A stretch of DNA of 64,000 bases from Patescibacteria group bacterium (lineage in GTDB: Bacteria > Patescibacteriota > Minisyncoccia > UBA6257 > HR35): assembly GCA_030549845.1 (NCBI GenBank), contig JAUQQN010000002.1, positions 53,307 through 117,306 of the forward strand, written 5' to 3'. The notes under the pieces were generated by a model. The model had not been told where the DNA came from, made no database searches, and saw only the letters and a program-made list of their open reading frames with translations. Made by a program: the position numbers and the translations under genes. This document shows positions 19,315 through 27,660 of this stretch, piece by piece (within the stretch, counting starts at the first letter, position 1; the number at the start of each line of letters is the position of its first letter).

Positions 19315-19990
19315 TGATTAAGCTGAAATGTTTAATTAAAATCTCTGATGCTTCAAGTAATGCTTCTTGAGGGCTTATTGAACCATCTGTCTCTATTGTT
19401 AATCTCAATAAATTATAATCTGCCCTACCTTTATAAACTATATTTTCAACTTCATAGCTTACATTTACAACAGGAGAAAATATAGCATCCAAAACAATGG
19501 TTCCCGGTTCTACTCTTTCTTTTGTCCTTTCTTCTGCAGGAGAATATCCATATCCTCTTGTAGCTATTAAAGTAGCCTTGAAAGTTGTATCTTTGTTTGT
19601 TATTGTACATATTTTTAATTCTGGATTTACAACTTCTACGCCTGCTGGAGCTTTTATATCACCTGCAAATACTTCACCTTCGCCAGCTTTTTCTATTACC
19701 ATTTCCACAGGATCTTCGCCAAAATATTTGATTCTTACTTGTTTTAAGTTCAATAATATATCAATAACATCTTCTAAAATGCCAGGAATTGTTGAAAATT
19801 CGTGCAAAACACCCTCTATGTGTACTGTTGTAATAGCTGTTCCTTTAATAGAAGACAATAAAACTCTTCTTAAAGCATTGCCAATAGTTACACCATAACC
19901 TGGATATAAAGGTGAAATTTCAAATACAGCTTTATTTTTTTCTGATGCTACTAATTTTATTGATTCTGGAAATATTAATTCTTTTATCAT
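19298..19990 (-). CDS. rpoA: DNA-directed RNA polymerase alpha subunit, N-terminal domain only (no alpha-CTD)
   Basis: 230 aa collinear with the alpha-NTD (GYGVTIGNALRRVLLSS..., the dimerisation and beta/beta-prime-binding region). It ends where the linker would begin. rplQ starts 17 nt before its stop, leaving no room for a CTD. Confidence 0.85.
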   Translation of the reverse strand: MIKELIFPESIKLVASEKNKAVFEISPLYPGYGVTIGNALRRVLLSSIKGTAITTVHIEGVLHEFSTIPGILEDVIDILLNLKQVRIKYFGEDPVEMVIEKAGEGEVFAGDIKAPAGVEVVNPELKICTITNKDTTFKATLIATRGYGYSPAEERTKERVEPGTIVLDAIFSPVVNVSYEVENIVYKGRADYNLLRLTIETDGSISPQEALLEASEILIKHFSLINEAFK

Positions 19991-20019
19991 TAATTTGATA
20001 TATAAAATTTAATTCGACT

Positions 20020-20637
20020 TTATCTGGAATAAAATTCTAACGCCAATTGAACATCGAAAGGAAGCTGTAATTCTTCTGGTTCAGGATATCTTAAAAACTC
20101 TGCTTTTAAGTTATTTACATCCAGTTTTAACCAAGGTGGAGGAGTATATACTTTTAAAATTTTATCTAGATTTTTAAAGGGCTCAATATCTCTACTTGCT
20201 TCTCTTATTTCAATAATATCTCCGGGTTCTAATAAATATGTAGGTGTTTTTATTCGGTTTTTATTGACCAAAAAGTGTCCATGACTAACTAATTGCCTCG
20301 CATGTAATTTAGAATGGGTAAAGCCTAGTTGCCATATAACATGATCTAGCTTGCTTTCTAAAAGCTTAACTAAGGCAACAGGAAGAGGGTCTTTCATTTT
20401 AGAAGCTTTTTCGATAAAATTCCTTAATTGTTTTTCTTTTAAAAGATAATAGTATCTTAATTTTTGTTTTTCAATCAACTTCTTAGCATAATCTGAAAGC
20501 GCTCTTGGTTTATGACCATGGACTCCTGGCCTTGTTCTTCTTCTATCTAAAGCACATTTATTAGACATACATCTTTCATTCCATAAAATTTTTTGCCCCA
20601 AGCTTCTGCAAATTTTGCACTTTTTTTCTATCTTCAT
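20020..20637 (-). CDS. rpsD: Ribosomal protein S4 (zinc-finger type)
   Basis: MKIEKKCKICRSLGQKILWNERCMSNKCAL... with a Cys4 cluster and the S4 domain. Start taken at the internal Met of the track ORF. Confidence 0.9.
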   Translation of the reverse strand: MKIEKKCKICRSLGQKILWNERCMSNKCALDRRRTRPGVHGHKPRALSDYAKKLIEKQKLRYYYLLKEKQLRNFIEKASKMKDPLPVALVKLLESKLDHVIWQLGFTHSKLHARQLVSHGHFLVNKNRIKTPTYLLEPGDIIEIREASRDIEPFKNLDKILKVYTPPPWLKLDVNNLKAEFLRYPEPEELQLPFDVQLALEFYSR

Positions 20638-20638
20638 T

Positions 20639-21079
20639 TTATACCCTTCTTGGCTTAGGAGGAGTAGGACCACCAAATGGTATTGGGGTTCTATCCTCTA
20701 TCGCAGTTATATTAAAATCTTCATTAAATAATGCCCTTAATGCGGATTCTCTACCTGGTCCTATTCCTTTTACAATAATTTTTACTTCTCCAATGTCAAA
20801 ATTACTTTTAACTTTATTTATTAAAAGTTCGGCTGTTTTGGCTCCTGCATATGGGGTCGCTTTTTTTGTATTTTTAAAACCACAATGTCCTGCTGAAGAC
20901 CAGGCTAGTACATTTCCTTTTTTATCTGTAAAGCACATCAATGTATTATTGAAAGTAGCATTTATATAAAAAATACCAAAATCAACATATTTCTTCTTTT
21001 TACTCTTTTTTGTCTTTGCAGTTTCTGATTTAATTTTTGCTTCTTCCCCTTGAACTATTTTTGTTCTTGTTCTACCCAT
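20639..21079 (-). CDS. rpsK: Ribosomal protein S11
   Basis: ...GIFYINATFNNTLMCFTDKKGNVLAWSSAGHCGFKNTKKATPYAGAKTAE matches uS11. Confidence 0.9.
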   Translation of the reverse strand: MGRTRTKIVQGEEAKIKSETAKTKKSKKKKYVDFGIFYINATFNNTLMCFTDKKGNVLAWSSAGHCGFKNTKKATPYAGAKTAELLINKVKSNFDIGEVKIIVKGIGPGRESALRALFNEDFNITAIEDRTPIPFGGPTPPKPRRV

Positions 21080-21462
21080 TATTTTTTAGATACCTTTCTC
21101 TTACCTGACCCGACCGTTTTTCTAGGTCCTTTTCTCGTTCTTGCATTTGTTCTTGTTCTTTGCCCCCATACTGGTAATTTTCTCAAATGCCTCAACCCTC
21201 GATAGCATTGAATATCTATTAATCTTCGTATATTTGCTTGAATTTCTCTTCTTAATTCGCCTTCAACTTTTAAATTTTCATTTATATATTTTTCTAATTT
21301 CCCTATCTCTTCGGGAGTTAATTCTTTTGTTTTTTTCATAGGATCAATACTTAATTCTCTACAAATTTTTTCTGCCAAAGCCTTACCAATTCCATATATT
21401 TTCGGTAAAGCAAACATTAATCTTTTTTCATCTTTTATTTCTACTCCTGCAATTCTAACCAT
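21079..21462 (-). CDS. rpsM: Ribosomal protein S13
   Basis: MVRIAGVEIKDEKRLMFALPKIYGIGKALAEKI matches uS13. Confidence 0.9.
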   Translation of the reverse strand: MVRIAGVEIKDEKRLMFALPKIYGIGKALAEKICRELSIDPMKKTKELTPEEIGKLEKYINENLKVEGELRREIQANIRRLIDIQCYRGLRHLRKLPVWGQRTRTNARTRKGPRKTVGSGKRKVSKK

Positions 21463-21464
21463 TG

Positions 21465-21578
21465 TTATCCTTGTCTTTGTTTATGTTTGGGATTTTCACA
21501 AATAACATAAATACGACTTTTCCTTCTTACTATTTTACATTTATTACACCTTCTTTTTACCGATGCTTTTACCTTCAT
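21465..21578 (-). CDS. rpmJ: Ribosomal protein L36
   Basis: Hand-translated 37-aa [40 protein letters not shown] with a zinc ribbon. It sits between infA and rpsM as expected and is below the ORF-track size cutoff. Confidence 0.85.
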   Translation of the reverse strand: MKVKASVKRRCNKCKIVRRKSRIYVICENPKHKQRQG

Positions 21579-21593
21579 TTTTATATTTTGTTT

Positions 21594-21800
21594 TTATTTT
21601 CTTCTAATAATTCTACCTCTATTTTTATCATATGGCGAAAGTTCAACAACAACTTCATCTCCTGGAACTACTTTTATAAAGTTGATTCTCATTTTGCCAG
21701 ATAAATAACATAAAACCTCTCTACCTGACTTTAATTTTACTTTAAATGTTGTATCTGGCAATGCTTCAATTACAATTCCTTCTTCAATTTCTTTTTTCAT
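21594..21800 (-). CDS. infA: Translation initiation factor IF-1
   Basis: 68 aa with an S1-like fold: [51 protein letters not shown]. Confidence 0.9.
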   Translation of the reverse strand: MKKEIEEGIVIEALPDTTFKVKLKSGREVLCYLSGKMRINFIKVVPGDEVVVELSPYDKNRGRIIRRK

Positions 21801-21814
21801 TTTTAAAAATTAAA

Positions 21815-21887
21815 TCGGGGTGGCCGGATTCGAACCGGCAATCTCGTGGTCCCAAACCACGCGCCTTAACCATTAGGCCACACCCCG
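21815..21887 (-). tRNA. tRNA-Pro (anticodon TGG)
   Basis: 73 nt. C1:G72 acceptor pair typical of bacterial tRNA-Pro. Anticodon loop TTTGGGA. T-loop TTCGAAT. Confidence 0.8.
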
Positions 21888-21892
21888 CTAAA

Positions 21893-21965
21893 TGGACCCA
21901 GAGGGACTCGAACCCTCGGCCTCCGCCATGCCATAGCGGCGCTCTACCAACTGAGCTATGGGCCC
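21893..21965 (-). tRNA. tRNA-Ala (anticodon GGC)
   Basis: 73 nt. Acceptor GGGCCCA/TGGGTCC with the G3:U70 Ala identity pair. Anticodon loop containing GGC. T-loop TTCGAGT. Confidence 0.8.
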
Positions 21966-21998
21966 TTAATAAAAATAATTATAACAAAAAATAAAAAA

Positions 21999-22073
21999 TG
22001 GTGGGCGGGCCGGGCCTTGAACCCGGATCTCTCTCACTTTTAGAGAGCGCCTTCCCCTTTAAGCCACCCGCCC
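21999..22073 (-). tRNA. tRNA-like gene with an atypical anticodon loop; isotype unresolved
   Basis: Perfect 7-bp GC acceptor stem (GGGCGGG/CCCGCCC), D-arm with GG, T-arm CCGGG-TTCAAGG-CCCGG, discriminator A and a genomically encoded CCA. The anticodon stem CTCTC/GAGAG encloses the loop TAAAAGT, with A at position 33 and an AAA/AAG-type anticodon. Confidence 0.55.
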
Positions 22074-22088
22074 ACCATAAAATAAAAA

Positions 22089-22112
22089 ATGGCCGGAGCG
22101 TGCCGGCCAGAG
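22089..22112 (-). terminator. GC hairpin plus T-tract (bidirectional-terminator-like) just upstream of the tRNA cluster
   Basis: GGCCGG-AGCGTG-CCGGCC flanked by T-tracts on both strands. Part of a larger dyad with 22153-22163. Confidence 0.4.
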
Positions 22113-22368
22113 TATTTTTTAAAGGATTAATTTTTATGGTCAATCAAATACCCTGGCCGGCACCTTTCCGACCAAAACAACCAAAACGAGATTTAATAAT
22201 AGATCTTTCTTTAAAAACTCAAACATTTTATACTTTTTCATTAACATTATATAAAAATTATTATAACATTTACATTTATAAACTTATATAAACTTATTAT
22301 ACAAAAATTTATAAAACTTAAAGTTCGTGAGTAATAAATTTATGCTATTGATATATAATAATTAACTT

Positions 22369-23910
22369 ATGGAAAGAGGGAAAGAGTTGCAACCAAAATT
22401 TCCAAAGCCGAGTGAATATTGGGATGAAATTCAACAAATTTTATCTTCAGCTAAACAAAGTCCTATATCTGGTGCAGCTGTTGAAGCGGTATTAATGAGG
22501 GGGTTACAGAGTTGGCGAAAGAATAAGATTGAAGAATCAAGTAGAAGAATAATTTCTGGAAATGGAAACTTCTTCTCAAATCCACTAATCTTCATTTCTA
22601 CCATACAAGCTCTTATAGCTGCTGAAAATGGGAAATTAAAAGAATTCCTTGATGCATTAAAAAAACATTGGATATATGAGGAGCATTTAAGAAGAGTAAG
22701 GGTAGGTTTTCCTCCTTATTTGAGGCCCATAGAAGAAGCAATAGAAACACAAAGATTCGGGGAGGAATATGAAAAGAAGGTGTTAGAAATTTTACAGATG
22801 TTAGGGTATTATGCAGTTGAAACTCCTAAAATGGATGATTATTATGGAACAGGAGACATTTATATCTATATTAAAACACAAGATGGACATTTGATATTAG
22901 CGATCGATGTTACAACTGTAAGTAAAGAAAATAAAGAAAGAGATTTAGAAATAATTCAATCTAAAATAAAAGCAAATCTTGGAAAAGATAGAAAAAATCT
23001 CACAGCAGCTATAAATCCAAATTCTTTTCTTGAAGCAGGTTATGACGACAAAGTACACAAACTAACGCTTATATTACTACCAGAAGATCAAGATATTTTA
23101 GATAAAGGTAGCGATGAAGAAAAGAAGAGACTTATAAAAAGAAAATTAGAAGAAGCAATTGAAAACTTTAAAAGATTGGCAGAAGAAGAAATTGTTAGTC
23201 ATTACTTAATGCACGCCTTAATAAATATAGAAGAGTTTGAAGCAAAAATAGAAGCATATCAAAAGTATTTAGAAGAAAATGACGAGTTTAGGGGCAAAAG
23301 TGGTTGGGAGAAATTAAAAACAATGGTTTTAGAAGCAGGTTTAGCAACTAAATCTGAAGTAAAAAGATTAGATAGAAAAAAATTAATAGAATTACTCTGC
23401 AACGCATATGCTAGGAATTTAATTAACGAGTATCTTCAAAACGTGGAGTCTCCTCCTAAAACTTTAGAAGATTTATACAAAATTTTATTGAATAATGTAA
23501 ATAAAAATTTTTTAATAGGATTGAAAATTTTAGAAAGAACAAAGCTTTTTGATCTTACAAACAAGGACGAATTTAAAAAACTAATTTCTGAAATATATAA
23601 ATATCCTGAGAGCTTGGAAGAAATACTTAAAGGAGTTTATTTAGAAACAACAATCTTTGGAGAAACTGAACCGGATGATGAAGTTTTAAAAACTTTATAC
23701 AATTTAGACAAAAATTGGAATAACCTAAGCAAAAATGAAAGGAAGGAAAAAATTTTTGAAGCTTTACAAAAACTCATTTTAAAAGATCCCGAAATAGGAA
23801 AAGCCCTTATCGAAGTAGTATACAGAAAACTTGTTAAACAAAGAGAAAATTTAATAAATTTCTGGAATGCAGTAAAATCTTATCTTGAAGTAAGTACTCC
23901 CTATTTTTAA
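22369..23910 (+). CDS. Orphan 513-aa hypothetical protein with a putative Mrr-like PD-(D/E)xK nuclease core and a long alpha-helical C-terminal domain
   Basis: EEYEKKVLEILQMLGYYAVETPKMDDYYGTGDIYIYIKTQDGHLILAIDVTTVSK resembles the Mrr_cat/restriction-endonuclease fold (FE..V..LL...GY.V......DGGIDI......VQCK). The rest is E/K-rich helical sequence. It is the only plus-strand gene in a minus-strand neighbourhood and is flanked by tRNA genes. Confidence 0.4.
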   Translation: MERGKELQPKFPKPSEYWDEIQQILSSAKQSPISGAAVEAVLMRGLQSWRKNKIEESSRRIISGNGNFFSNPLIFISTIQALIAAENGKLKEFLDALKKHWIYEEHLRRVRVGFPPYLRPIEEAIETQRFGEEYEKKVLEILQMLGYYAVETPKMDDYYGTGDIYIYIKTQDGHLILAIDVTTVSKENKERDLEIIQSKIKANLGKDRKNLTAAINPNSFLEAGYDDKVHKLTLILLPEDQDILDKGSDEEKKRLIKRKLEEAIENFKRLAEEEIVSHYLMHALINIEEFEAKIEAYQKYLEENDEFRGKSGWEKLKTMVLEAGLATKSEVKRLDRKKLIELLCNAYARNLINEYLQNVESPPKTLEDLYKILLNNVNKNFLIGLKILERTKLFDLTNKDEFKKLISEIYKYPESLEEILKGVYLETTIFGETEPDDEVLKTLYNLDKNWNNLSKNERKEKIFEALQKLILKDPEIGKALIEVVYRKLVKQRENLINFWNAVKSYLEVSTPYF

Positions 23911-23942
23911 CTTATCAATAAGATAGCTCTGCTTCGAATTTG

Positions 23943-24013
23943 CTGCGGGGCCTGGATTCGAACCAGGACTAACGGCTCCAAAGGCCGCTGTGCTACCGTT
24001 ACACCACCCCGCA
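23943..24013 (-). tRNA. tRNA-Gln (anticodon TTG)
   Basis: 71 nt. U1:A72 and G73 as in bacterial tRNA-Gln. Anticodon loop CTTTGGA. T-loop TTCGAAT. Confidence 0.75.
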
Positions 24014-24090
24014 ATTTTAAAATTATAAATTATTTTTTATCGTATATAAAAATTTTTATTACTTAACCCGTTCTTTTTTATATTTATTTT

Positions 24091-24879
24091 TCAGGTATGG
24101 GTTTTCAATAAATATAAACCTCCATAGATTCCTGATTTTTCCTGAAGTTTGCTTTTAAAAATTTTTGTTTTAAAGGGTAAAGTTTTTAAATTACTAAAAT
24201 TTACTTTTAACTCTTCAAAGTCTAAGCTTTTGATTAATGAACCACCAATAATAATTGCCTCTACTGACCAAAAAATAGCAACATTAATTAAAAACCCAGC
24301 GAAAATTTTATTAATATAGGACCAAAATTTTTTATCTTTAATTTCTTCTGGCTTTTTACCAGTAATTTTTTCTATTGATTTTCCTCCTATTAATTTTTCA
24401 ACTTCTATAAAATTAGAATTTAATAAAAACAAACTATGGCCTGGTTCAAAGCCGAAAAAATTCTCTTCAACTTTTTTATTTACAATTTTTACCCCACCCA
24501 CTCCACTACTTAGAGTAACATAACCCAAAATATTAAATCTTTTACCAATGCCATAAACAGCCTCTCCTAAACCTGCAAGTTCTGCATCATTTTTTAAAAT
24601 AACATCGCAATTAAATAAATTTTTAAAATCTTTAACAATATTTTTATTATTAAAATTAGGAAGGTTAGGGGCTTTAATTATTTTTTCATTTCTTATCATC
24701 CCAGCAAAACCAATAACTATTCTATTGAATCTTGTTTCTTTCAAGTTGTTTTTAAGTACTTGCAAGAAATCATTATAATTCTTAGGAGTTTCGATAATAA
24801 AAAATTTATCAATTTTATTTAAGTTTTTACTAATACCTATTTTAGTCGTAGTGGCTCCTATATCTAATAAAAGGTGCAT
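24091..24879 (-). CDS. ROK/BadF-type sugar kinase (glucokinase-like ASKHA ATPase)
   Basis: N-terminal LLDIGATTTKIGI phosphate-1 motif. GFAGMIRNEKIIKAPNLPNF. C-terminal IIGGSLIKS...GIYGGLYLL. Confidence 0.55.
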   Translation of the reverse strand: MHLLLDIGATTTKIGISKNLNKIDKFFIIETPKNYNDFLQVLKNNLKETRFNRIVIGFAGMIRNEKIIKAPNLPNFNNKNIVKDFKNLFNCDVILKNDAELAGLGEAVYGIGKRFNILGYVTLSSGVGGVKIVNKKVEENFFGFEPGHSLFLLNSNFIEVEKLIGGKSIEKITGKKPEEIKDKKFWSYINKIFAGFLINVAIFWSVEAIIIGGSLIKSLDFEELKVNFSNLKTLPFKTKIFKSKLQEKSGIYGGLYLLKTHT

Positions 24880-26381
24880 TATTCAATTTTAGTTTTTTCC
24901 TTCGATCTTGCAAATAAATAATACCACATTGCTATATTTAACAAAATCAAAATTATAACTAAAATCCACGGTGTTGAAATAATACTAAATAATCCTCCAG
25001 CAAAAGCAGCAAGTGGAGCAAATATATTTTCCTTTTTACTTACTTCAATAGTAACTGGAAAATCTTTTTTGGTCCCATTTATACCTGCTGTAATTATCCC
25101 ATAATATTCACCTTCTTCTGCATCACAAGGTACATCAATAGTCCAATTAAATGAATTTATATCATTAGGTAAAACTTCTATAACTCTTGCTTTTGGCTTA
25201 AACCATTTTTTAATCTCCCCACTTATTGTAAAAGATACTTTTCTTTTTTTGCTATTGTTATTAATAATAGTAATATTTATATTATCTTTCTTGCATATAT
25301 ATGTCTTCAAATAATCATCTATAGATATATCCAAATAAGAATTTTGCATTTCTTTTGTAACCAAAGTAGCGGCCGGAGTTGTTGGCTTAGTTACTGGAAC
25401 TCTGACAGTTTGGGTTATTGTTTTTGTGATTGTCTTTGTAATAAATTGCGTTCTTCCTACACTAAGCACAAGTTCTTTTGAAGAAGTAGCACCCTTATCA
25501 TCTACAACTGTAAGCTTTATATTATAAGTCCCTGAACTAAGGGCCCTTGAAAAAGATGGATTTCTTGAAACAATTTCATTATTTATTGACCATTCATAAA
25601 GAATTATTCTACCATCAGGATCATAAGAGCCAGCTGAAGAGAAGGTTACAATTGTTCCTGGTTTAATTAAGGTTGGAGAATAAGTTATATTAGCAATAGG
25701 TTTTTGATTTTGAGATGTTATAGTTGTCTGTTGAATTTCACGGGAAATTACATTTACACTACAATTTGTGGCTCTTGAAATACCATCTGAATAAACTGTT
25801 AAATAAACATAATAAGTACCTGGAGTATAAAACGTTTTTTGGCAAATAGATGAATTTCCAACACAATCTCCAGACCAGGAATATGAATAATATCCTGTTC
25901 CCCCAGATACGTTAGAATAGAAAGTAACTAAACTTCCTACATAAGCTGGGTTGGGTGCTGAATAGCAAGAAACACTTAAATCAGATTGCTGGGTTCCACA
26001 AGTAGTTGTAAAAGATCTAATTTCCCCATAATTTATTCCGGCGGAGTTTTTTGCTACTGCTCTATAATAGTATGTTGTACAAGGATTTAAATTAAATATT
26101 GTATAACAAAATCTATAAGGAGTATAAGTAACATTCAGGGTTTGAACGGGCGTAGTATTAGTTAAAGCAGTGGTTCTTCCCCATTCAAACCAAACCTGAA
26201 TATTTTGATCCCCTCCTGTATCAGTTATTTCACCAACTAAAGTAGCTTGAGTATCAGTATAGGTTGATCTGCTTGGACAAGCTTGCGCATTTACATCGTA
26301 TAATCCTAAAAACAAAACAAACAATGCAACTAACATTATTTTTAATTTGCTTTTTATAAATCTTTCTTTTTTTATTTGCAT
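24879..26381 (-). CDS. Secreted, C-terminally membrane-anchored protein with an FN3-like N-terminal domain and a PKD-like domain
   Basis: Signal peptide. Domain CPS...ATLVGEITDTGGDQNIQVWFEWG...PYRFC...CTTYYYRAVAKNSAGINYGEIRSFTT. PKD-like segment YDPDGRIILYEWSINN...YNIKLTVVDDKGATSS. C-terminal TM helix. Confidence 0.6.
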   Translation of the reverse strand: MQIKKERFIKSKLKIMLVALFVLFLGLYDVNAQACPSRSTYTDTQATLVGEITDTGGDQNIQVWFEWGRTTALTNTTPVQTLNVTYTPYRFCYTIFNLNPCTTYYYRAVAKNSAGINYGEIRSFTTTCGTQQSDLSVSCYSAPNPAYVGSLVTFYSNVSGGTGYYSYSWSGDCVGNSSICQKTFYTPGTYYVYLTVYSDGISRATNCSVNVISREIQQTTITSQNQKPIANITYSPTLIKPGTIVTFSSAGSYDPDGRIILYEWSINNEIVSRNPSFSRALSSGTYNIKLTVVDDKGATSSKELVLSVGRTQFITKTITKTITQTVRVPVTKPTTPAATLVTKEMQNSYLDISIDDYLKTYICKKDNINITIINNNSKKRKVSFTISGEIKKWFKPKARVIEVLPNDINSFNWTIDVPCDAEEGEYYGIITAGINGTKKDFPVTIEVSKKENIFAPLAAFAGGLFSIISTPWILVIILILLNIAMWYYLFARSKEKTKIE

Positions 26382-26746
26382 TTTGTCTTTATTGATCTAA
26401 TTTCCCCATAATTTATTCCGGCGGAGTTTTTTGCTACTGCTCTATAATAGTATGTTGTACATTTTTTTAATTTATTCACATTTATACAATATATTCCTGG
26501 TTTGCTTAATTTTATTGATTTTGTCTTAAACATTAAACTTGATGAAGAAGATCCGTACTCAAACCAACCTTCTACATATTTGTCATTTCCTAAACTATCA
26601 ACTTTTCCTACAAAAATTATATTATTTTTATTAGCAATAGTTCTCTGGGGACATTTTATTGAAATAGTATTCACCGCAAAAACCCTAGAAGCTAAAAATG
26701 TAAAGAATATTAAAATACTTATTAAAAGGATAAATAATTTCTTCAT
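26372..26746 (-). CDS. Secreted FN3-like paralog (124 aa)
   Basis: Signal peptide plus the same domain, ending ...CTTYYYRAVAKNSAGINYGEIRSIKTKCK. Shares a 68-bp identical DNA segment with the upstream paralog. Confidence 0.55.
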   Translation of the reverse strand: MKKLFILLISILIFFTFLASRVFAVNTISIKCPQRTIANKNNIIFVGKVDSLGNDKYVEGWFEYGSSSSSLMFKTKSIKLSKPGIYCINVNKLKKCTTYYYRAVAKNSAGINYGEIRSIKTKCK

Positions 26747-26796
26747 TTTAATCGTCTTTCTTTTTAATAATATTTTTCTCTATAAATAGTGTTTTT

Positions 26797-27489
26797 TTAT
26801 AATGTTTGAACTGCAGGTAAAGTAATAACAGCAGGCGGATTAGCTCTTACATCCACAGTTACAGAATCAGAAACAGATTGATTGTATCCAGAACAAGTGA
26901 TAGTAAATGTATATCTTCCAGAGCTTAAATTAGAAATTACTTGTGAACCAGAAACTGATTTACTACCACTCCAAGCTGAAACCCATGGACTACTTTGAGC
27001 TGAGCAGGATGAAACATCTCTAGATGTCCAAGAAAGTGTAACACTTTCTCCAGGTAATATTGTTATTGTACCATCAGTACCATTAACCTTTAAATCAACT
27101 TCAGGTCTTACACACAATGTTGTAAATGACATTATATCACCATAAGAAGTACCACCAGAGTTTTGGGCTACAGCTCTATAGTAATATGTTGAGCATGGGG
27201 TTAAATTACTAATAGAAGAACAAAATCTATAAGGAACATTATCAACTCTTAAATATTGCTTTGATGTACTTCTTCCTAGAGAACTGGTTTCCCCCCACTC
27301 AAACCATGCAGTTATATTTTTATCTCCTCCTGTATCATTAATTTGACCTACTAATGTAGCTGCAGTGTGTGTGAATGTTGTATTAGAAGGACAAGAAGAT
27401 TGAGCAAAAGATTTGAGATTCAAACTAAAACCTAAACCTAATAGAGCAATAAGCAAAATACCTAAAGATATTACTTTTCCTCTATTCAT
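26797..27489 (-). CDS. Secreted FN3-like paralog (230 aa)
   Basis: Signal peptide plus CPSNTTFTHTAATLVGQINDTGGDKNITAWFEWGETSSL...CSTYYYRAVAQNSGGTSYGDIMSFTT, followed by a second beta-rich domain. Confidence 0.55.
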   Translation of the reverse strand: MNRGKVISLGILLIALLGLGFSLNLKSFAQSSCPSNTTFTHTAATLVGQINDTGGDKNITAWFEWGETSSLGRSTSKQYLRVDNVPYRFCSSISNLTPCSTYYYRAVAQNSGGTSYGDIMSFTTLCVRPEVDLKVNGTDGTITILPGESVTLSWTSRDVSSCSAQSSPWVSAWSGSKSVSGSQVISNLSSGRYTFTITCSGYNQSVSDSVTVDVRANPPAVITLPAVQTL

Positions 27490-27660
27490 TTTTTGTACTT
27501 TTAGAGATTAATTAAGACCTTTTACTAAAAATAACCCAAGCTTCTAATTAATTTTCGACTTATTAATAAATGTCATTAAATTATAAAATTTTTCTGCCCT
27601 ATAGTCAAGACCCTTAGTAAAGAACAAAATTATTTAAAAAAATACAATTTTTAAATCTTT

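Noticed and set aside
19497-19898. 133-aa plus-strand ORF inside rpoA, and similar antisense ORFs (5012-5233, 6961-7167, 8136-8345, 8760-8981, 14345-14530, 16645-16827, 21141-21341, 21462-21704, 31356-31607, 34051-34386, 36899-37093, 38248-38436, 45133-45321, 49006-49191, 53319-53624, 57365-57646, 58653-58844, 60508-60708, 61123-61350, 61893-62180)
   Set aside because: Each is fully embedded in, and antisense to or out of frame with, a much longer ORF that has clear homology; these are typical shadow ORFs.
21746-22291. Plus-strand ORFs 21746-21994 and 21998-22291 (82 and 97 aa)
   Set aside because: They run antisense through the tRNA-Pro, tRNA-Ala and atypical tRNA genes; their odd Pro/Arg/Gly-rich translations come from the GC-rich tRNA sequence, so they are not genes.
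27490-27660. Imperfect direct repeat AAGACCTTTTACTAAA / AAGACCCTTAGTAAAG in the spacer upstream of the FN3 paralog
   Set aside because: The similarity is modest in AT-rich DNA and could be chance, so it is not reported as a regulatory site.
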